The translations under genes and the position numbers were made by a program. A stretch of DNA of 64,000 bases from Planctomycetota bacterium (GTDB lineage: Bacteria; Planctomycetota; SZUA-567; H5-PLA8), in the NCBI GenBank assembly GCA_038227875.1, contig JBBRPR010000005.1, positions 32,001 through 96,000 on the forward strand, in the 5' to 3' direction. Every line of letters starts with the position of its first letter. Within the stretch, counting starts at the first letter, position 1. The notes under the pieces were generated by a model, which was given only the letters and a program-made list of their open reading frames with translations, was not told where the DNA came from and did no database searches. Below, one piece after another: positions 59,647-64,000 of the stretch.

Positions 59647-60734
59647 TGACGATGCCAAACCTGTCGAGCGTAGACGCGCGGGTCCGCGAGATTGCGGCGC
59701 TGCATCTGGACCCGGAATTCGGCGCGCCATATTGGATTGGCCGGAGCCGCGCACTGAATCTTCGCGCGGCGCAGATTCAATCGGTGAGCGATCTGGCCTT
59801 GCTGGGGCCCATGGACGCGCAAGCGCTGGCGCAGTTGCCGGTCGAAGAGTTCATCCCGCGAAAGTTGATCCACAGGCGCAGTGCGTGCGTGATCGCGGAA
59901 ACCGGCGGCACGCTCGGCCGCGCGAAGTTCGCCGTGCACCGCGACGACGAGTTTGAGGCCGCGTTTGTCCGGCCGTTCGTCACGGCGGCGACGAAAGCGG
60001 GATTTCCGCAGGGCGTCAACTGGCTGTTCGTCGGCCCGTCGGGGCCGCACATCATCGGTAAAGGCGCCCGCGCTTGCGCGCGCGGCATGGGCGCGCCCGA
60101 TCCGTTCACCACCGATTTTGACCCACGCTGGGCCAAGAAACTTCCCGACGGTTCGCTGGCGCGCACGCGTTACGTTCAGCACATTACCGCGCAGGCGCTG
60201 AATATTCTCGAGACACAAGCGATCGGCGCGATCTTCGCCACGCCGCCGGTGATCGAGAGCCTCGCCGAGAAGATCACGCCGGCGAAACGCGACGCCGTGC
60301 GCGGCATCCATTTTGGGGGGATGCCGGTGAGTTCCGCGCTGCGCCAGCGGCTGCATGAACTCTTTCCGCATGCGGTGCTGATCTCCGGCTACGGTAACAC
60401 GCTGTTCGGCGTCGCTCCGGAATTGCACTACAGCGACGCGACCGGCATCGACTATTTCACGCAGGGCACGCGGTTGATCTACCGCGTCGTGCCGCTCGGC
60501 GCTGCCGACGAACACCAACGCATCGCTGCCACCATCGGCTATCTCGAACGCGGGCAGATCTGCGCACACCGCCTCGATGAAATGCAGTTCATCGCCAACA
60601 TGCTGGAACGCGACACGGCTGTGCGTATCCCGCCGCTCGAAATCTTCAGCGCCGATGGCTTTGTGCTCGACGGTTTGCGCGATCCACAGCCGATCATTGA
60701 CGCCACGACCAAGCCGGCATTGGGGCTGTACTGA
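59646..60734 (+). CDS. Truncated ANL-family adenylating enzyme, EhpF/PaaK-like
   Basis: HLDPEFGAPYW, ETGGTLG P-loop, GPSGPH, DFDPRWAKK, GYGNT and ERD. Confidence 0.72.
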   Translation: MTMPNLSSVDARVREIAALHLDPEFGAPYWIGRSRALNLRAAQIQSVSDLALLGPMDAQALAQLPVEEFIPRKLIHRRSACVIAETGGTLGRAKFAVHRDDEFEAAFVRPFVTAATKAGFPQGVNWLFVGPSGPHIIGKGARACARGMGAPDPFTTDFDPRWAKKLPDGSLARTRYVQHITAQALNILETQAIGAIFATPPVIESLAEKITPAKRDAVRGIHFGGMPVSSALRQRLHELFPHAVLISGYGNTLFGVAPELHYSDATGIDYFTQGTRLIYRVVPLGAADEHQRIAATIGYLERGQICAHRLDEMQFIANMLERDTAVRIPPLEIFSADGFVLDGLRDPQPIIDATTKPALGLY

Positions 60735-61426
60735 TGTTCATCGAAGAACAGATCACCGTGCCGTCCGGCGGCGTACGCCTGGCCGCGGTGCTCGGCTACC
60801 CGGAATCTGGCATGCCTGCTTACGCGACGTTGCTCTGTCCGCCGCATCCGAATTTTGCCGGCGACATGGAGAACAATGTCATCACCGCGCTGGCACGCGA
60901 ATTTTCGCGCGACGCGCTGACGCTGCGCTTCAATTACCGCGGCATCGGCCAGAGCGAGATTGCGCTGCCGCAGAATGTATCGCTGTACGATTTCTGGAAC
61001 GACGTGGAAGAGACCAAGGATTATTCCGTGCCGTTGTGCGACGTCCAGGCGTGCGCCGCGGAACTGGCGCGGCAGTCCAACGGTGCGCCATTGATCATCG
61101 TGGGTTATTCGTTCGGCAGCATCGCAGGCTTGATGGCCGGCCAGAAGCTTAACGCTGCCGCGCTGGTGGGCATCGCGCCACCGTTGATCCGCTATGACTT
61201 TTCCTTTCTCGCCGAAAATACCACGCCCGCACTGCTGCTCAGCGGCGTGGATGATTTTGTGTTCTCACGTGAAGTCAGCGATGCGCTCGTGCTGCCCAAG
61301 ACCGTCCGTCGGGAAATCCTGAGCGGCGAAGATCACTTCTTTCGCGAACACGAAGCGGACCTGGCTTCGCGCGTGCGACGTTTCATCCAGGAGTTCCTTC
61401 CTGCAGACCTCACCGGAGAAAATTAA
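60734..61426 (+). CDS. Alpha/beta hydrolase
   Basis: PHP..G.M.N.V, LRFNYRG.G.S, GYSFG, DDFV and DHFF. Confidence 0.9.
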   Translation: MFIEEQITVPSGGVRLAAVLGYPESGMPAYATLLCPPHPNFAGDMENNVITALAREFSRDALTLRFNYRGIGQSEIALPQNVSLYDFWNDVEETKDYSVPLCDVQACAAELARQSNGAPLIIVGYSFGSIAGLMAGQKLNAAALVGIAPPLIRYDFSFLAENTTPALLLSGVDDFVFSREVSDALVLPKTVRREILSGEDHFFREHEADLASRVRRFIQEFLPADLTGEN

Positions 61427-62730
61427 TGGAACTCAAACCCATTGGCCCCGCTGCGATCATCGCCAAGAAAAAGAAGCACCTGATTCCCTGCTCGTACCAT
61501 TTTTATAAAAACGCGCCGCAGATGGTGCGCGGGGAGGGCCTGTTCCTCTACGACTCCGACGGCCGCCGCTACATGGATCTCTACTCCGGAGTTTCGGTCA
61601 ACGCGCTGGGACATTGCCATCCGGAAGTCACCGATGCGATCTGCCAGCAGGTGAAAACCCTTCAGCACACGACCACGATTTACCTCACGGAACCCATCGT
61701 CAATCTCGCGGAAGCGTTGGCGGAGGTGCTGCCCGGAGATCTCTGCCGCTCGTTCTTCTGCGCCAGCGGATCGGAAGCCAACGAAGGCGCGGCACTGCTG
61801 GCTACGCTGGCCACGGGGCGCAACGAATTCCTCGCGTTTCAAAACGGATTGCACGGCCGCACGAAACTGACGATGAGCCTCACCGGGCTTTCGTTCTGGC
61901 GTACCGATCCGCATCCGGTGGGCGGCATCAGTTTCGTTCCGCCGCCGCACTGCAAGGCCTGTCCGTTCGGAAAAACGTTCGGCGCGTGCCACTACGAATG
62001 CGTCGACGCCGTCGAGAAGACGATCCAGACGTCCACCAGCGGCAAGCCGGCCGCGATGTTCGTCGAGCCGATCCAGGGCAACGGCGGCATCGTGGCGCCG
62101 CCGCCCGAGTACTTCACGCGTCTGCAGGCGGTGCTGAAAAAATACGGCACGCTGCTGATCGCCGATGAAGTTCAGACCGGGCTGGGCCGCACCGGGAAAA
62201 TGTTCTGCATGGAACACTGGAACGTCGTTCCGGACATCGTCACCGGCGGCAAGGCGCTGGGCGGAGCGACGCCGATCGGATACTTCGCGACGACCGACAC
62301 CATCGCGGCGAGTTTCACGCGGCCCAGCGCATCCACCTTCGGCGGAAATCCGGTCACCGCCGTTGCTGGATTGACAGTGCTCAAGATCATCCAACGTGAT
62401 CATCTTGTGGAGCGTAGCGCGGAACTCGGCGCGTTTCTGCGGGAACAATTGACCGCGCTCTGCAGCAGTTACGAAAATGTAATCGAGGTGAGAGGAAAGG
62501 GTCTGATGGTGGGTGTTGAAGTGTCTGGAAATGGGTCTGGAAAGAGCGCCGCCGAATTTACGGACACACTATTGGAAAGCATGAAGGACGCGGGCTTTCT
62601 GCTCGGCAAGACCGGTCCCGGGCGAAATGTGATCACGTTTATGCCGCCGCTCATCGTCACACGCAATTATTTAGAGGACGCATTACACGCCTTCAAGACA
62701 AACTTCGAAGCGACTCGTAGAAATGCGTGA
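61426..62730 (+). CDS. Class III PLP aminotransferase
   Basis: SGSEANE, HGRT, EPIQG.GG, ADEVQTG.GRTG, PDIVT.GKALGGA and TFGGNP. Confidence 0.93.
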   Translation: MELKPIGPAAIIAKKKKHLIPCSYHFYKNAPQMVRGEGLFLYDSDGRRYMDLYSGVSVNALGHCHPEVTDAICQQVKTLQHTTTIYLTEPIVNLAEALAEVLPGDLCRSFFCASGSEANEGAALLATLATGRNEFLAFQNGLHGRTKLTMSLTGLSFWRTDPHPVGGISFVPPPHCKACPFGKTFGACHYECVDAVEKTIQTSTSGKPAAMFVEPIQGNGGIVAPPPEYFTRLQAVLKKYGTLLIADEVQTGLGRTGKMFCMEHWNVVPDIVTGGKALGGATPIGYFATTDTIAASFTRPSASTFGGNPVTAVAGLTVLKIIQRDHLVERSAELGAFLREQLTALCSSYENVIEVRGKGLMVGVEVSGNGSGKSAAEFTDTLLESMKDAGFLLGKTGPGRNVITFMPPLIVTRNYLEDALHAFKTNFEATRRNA

Positions 62731-62808
62731 AGGTTTGAACGATACTTAGTCTGTACTTCAGATGCATTGCTCGAAGTCCTGTCGCCCGTTGCAATTGTGG
62801 AGAAATGA

Positions 62809-63906
62809 ATGCCAAAAATGAGAACCGCATCGCTGCTTACACTGATGCTGGCCAGCGCATTTCTGAACGGTTGCTCGCAGATGCTCGCGAAGACTTTCGT
62901 GAACACGCAGCCGGAAGTTTCGATCCGCACAAAAGAGTACGCCGATCCGCTGAAGATCGTCGACGGTCACGGCGAAGTTTACACGCCACCGGCCACCAGC
63001 GGGCAATCCGAATTGCTGCAACGTTACGCGCCGGTGATCGTGCAAGGCGTCGAAGCGCCCACCGACCGCGCGTACGCGTTCGATTCCGATCAACTCGGCC
63101 AGCCGGAACTGATCGCGCAAACCGACAGCACGTTCTCCGTTTCGATCGATGTGAATTCCCCCGCGGTGTTTGCCAGCGAAGAGAAAACGCATCTCGGCAA
63201 GACGGAATTGAAGCAGCTCGTCTACGTGTTCTGGTATCCGCGCCACCCGGTAGGCATGGTTGAAAAGGGCGACATCGACGGCGGCGTGCTGCGCATCACG
63301 CTCGACGCCGCGGATCGGCCGTCCATTTACGAATACGTGATGGCGTGCGGTTGCTGGCATGGAATGTTTGTCAGCGAACACGTCGAAGCGTGGGCTCAGA
63401 AGGAATTCGCGCAGCGCGAAAAAGGCAAGAAGTGGTTCGTCGAAAGACCGGTCGACAACGAAGACGACTGGAAAGTCCGCGACATTGTCTGGGACGTTTC
63501 CAGCGCCGGACGTCCGGTGGTTTTCCTCGCCGCCGGCAAGCACGAATGCCTGGCGATCCAGACCGACAAACTCGTGGGCAATCTCGCCGCGCTCTCGCCC
63601 AAGAGCTACGCGTTGCAGGATTATGCGCAGCTCGACGCCTTGCCGGTCCGCGGCGGCGCCTCGAAGACGCAGACGGCGTCGATGTTCAATCCCGACGGCC
63701 TGGTCTGGGGCGGGCGGCGCAAAGGCGAAGAGAAGATGTTCGCGAAGCTCGACCACGGCGGCTGGCCGCGCCGACTGGATGCGATGAAGATTCACTGGGA
63801 TCAGGAATCCTGGAACAAAACCAATCTGCTCGAACAGTTCATGCGACTGCCCGGCGACATGACCCACGCGCAAGCGAGTTCACCCGTGTTGAAAGTCAAA
63901 TCCTGA
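62809..63906 (+). CDS. Putative lipoprotein of unknown function
   Basis: Lipobox LNGC, ACGCWH and AGKHEC. Confidence 0.7.
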   Translation: MPKMRTASLLTLMLASAFLNGCSQMLAKTFVNTQPEVSIRTKEYADPLKIVDGHGEVYTPPATSGQSELLQRYAPVIVQGVEAPTDRAYAFDSDQLGQPELIAQTDSTFSVSIDVNSPAVFASEEKTHLGKTELKQLVYVFWYPRHPVGMVEKGDIDGGVLRITLDAADRPSIYEYVMACGCWHGMFVSEHVEAWAQKEFAQREKGKKWFVERPVDNEDDWKVRDIVWDVSSAGRPVVFLAAGKHECLAIQTDKLVGNLAALSPKSYALQDYAQLDALPVRGGASKTQTASMFNPDGLVWGGRRKGEEKMFAKLDHGGWPRRLDAMKIHWDQESWNKTNLLEQFMRLPGDMTHAQASSPVLKVKS

Positions 63907-63920
63907 GCCAAGGAACACCG

Positions 63921-64000
63921 ATGCCTAACCAGAGTCCGCTCGCCACGAATCTTCCCGCAACCCAGAACGCGTCACCCGTGGACGAGCAGGTGCTGAAAGT
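63921..64000 (+). CDS. Start of the next gene, truncated
   Basis: AAGGA RBS, then ATG 63921 (MPNQSPLATNLP..) open to the window end. Confidence 0.55.
   Translation, partial: MPNQSPLATNLPATQNASPVDEQVLK

Overview
High-GC, gene-dense bacterial chromosome segment. It is probably Planctomycetota (inference from ECF/zf-HC2 pairs, a squalene-cyclase-repeat protein, a MoxR-DUF58-BatA-VWA operon, a membrane Ser/Thr kinase and a PKD-rich surface protein). No rRNA, tRNA, CRISPR array, transposase or prophage was recognised. In order: mntH/mntR with three operator boxes; a 1377-aa secreted protein with a temptin-like CxxCH N-domain; an AraC-linked ribulokinase + FucI-like isomerase + tandem GH172 operon (probable D-arabinofuranoside/D-arabinose catabolism); a chorismate-lyase-like/halogenase-like/GT4/thioesterase cassette; M50, SDR, kinase, a Tyr-ligand (MauG/BthA-type) diheme enzyme, DUF3445, M20, thyX, Uma2 and rarA; two ECF/anti-sigma pairs flanking a 13-kb propeller-MoxR-VWA operon; a redoxin-heme-copper monooxygenase fusion; a P1B-5 ATPase; and a coupled TlpA-SCP2-EhpF-like ligase-hydrolase-aminotransferase-lipoprotein operon that runs off the right edge. 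That last operon is the best candidate for an undescribed pathway. Several REP/MITE-like palindromic families occupy intergenic gaps. All family calls come from motif recognition by eye; no database searches were run.
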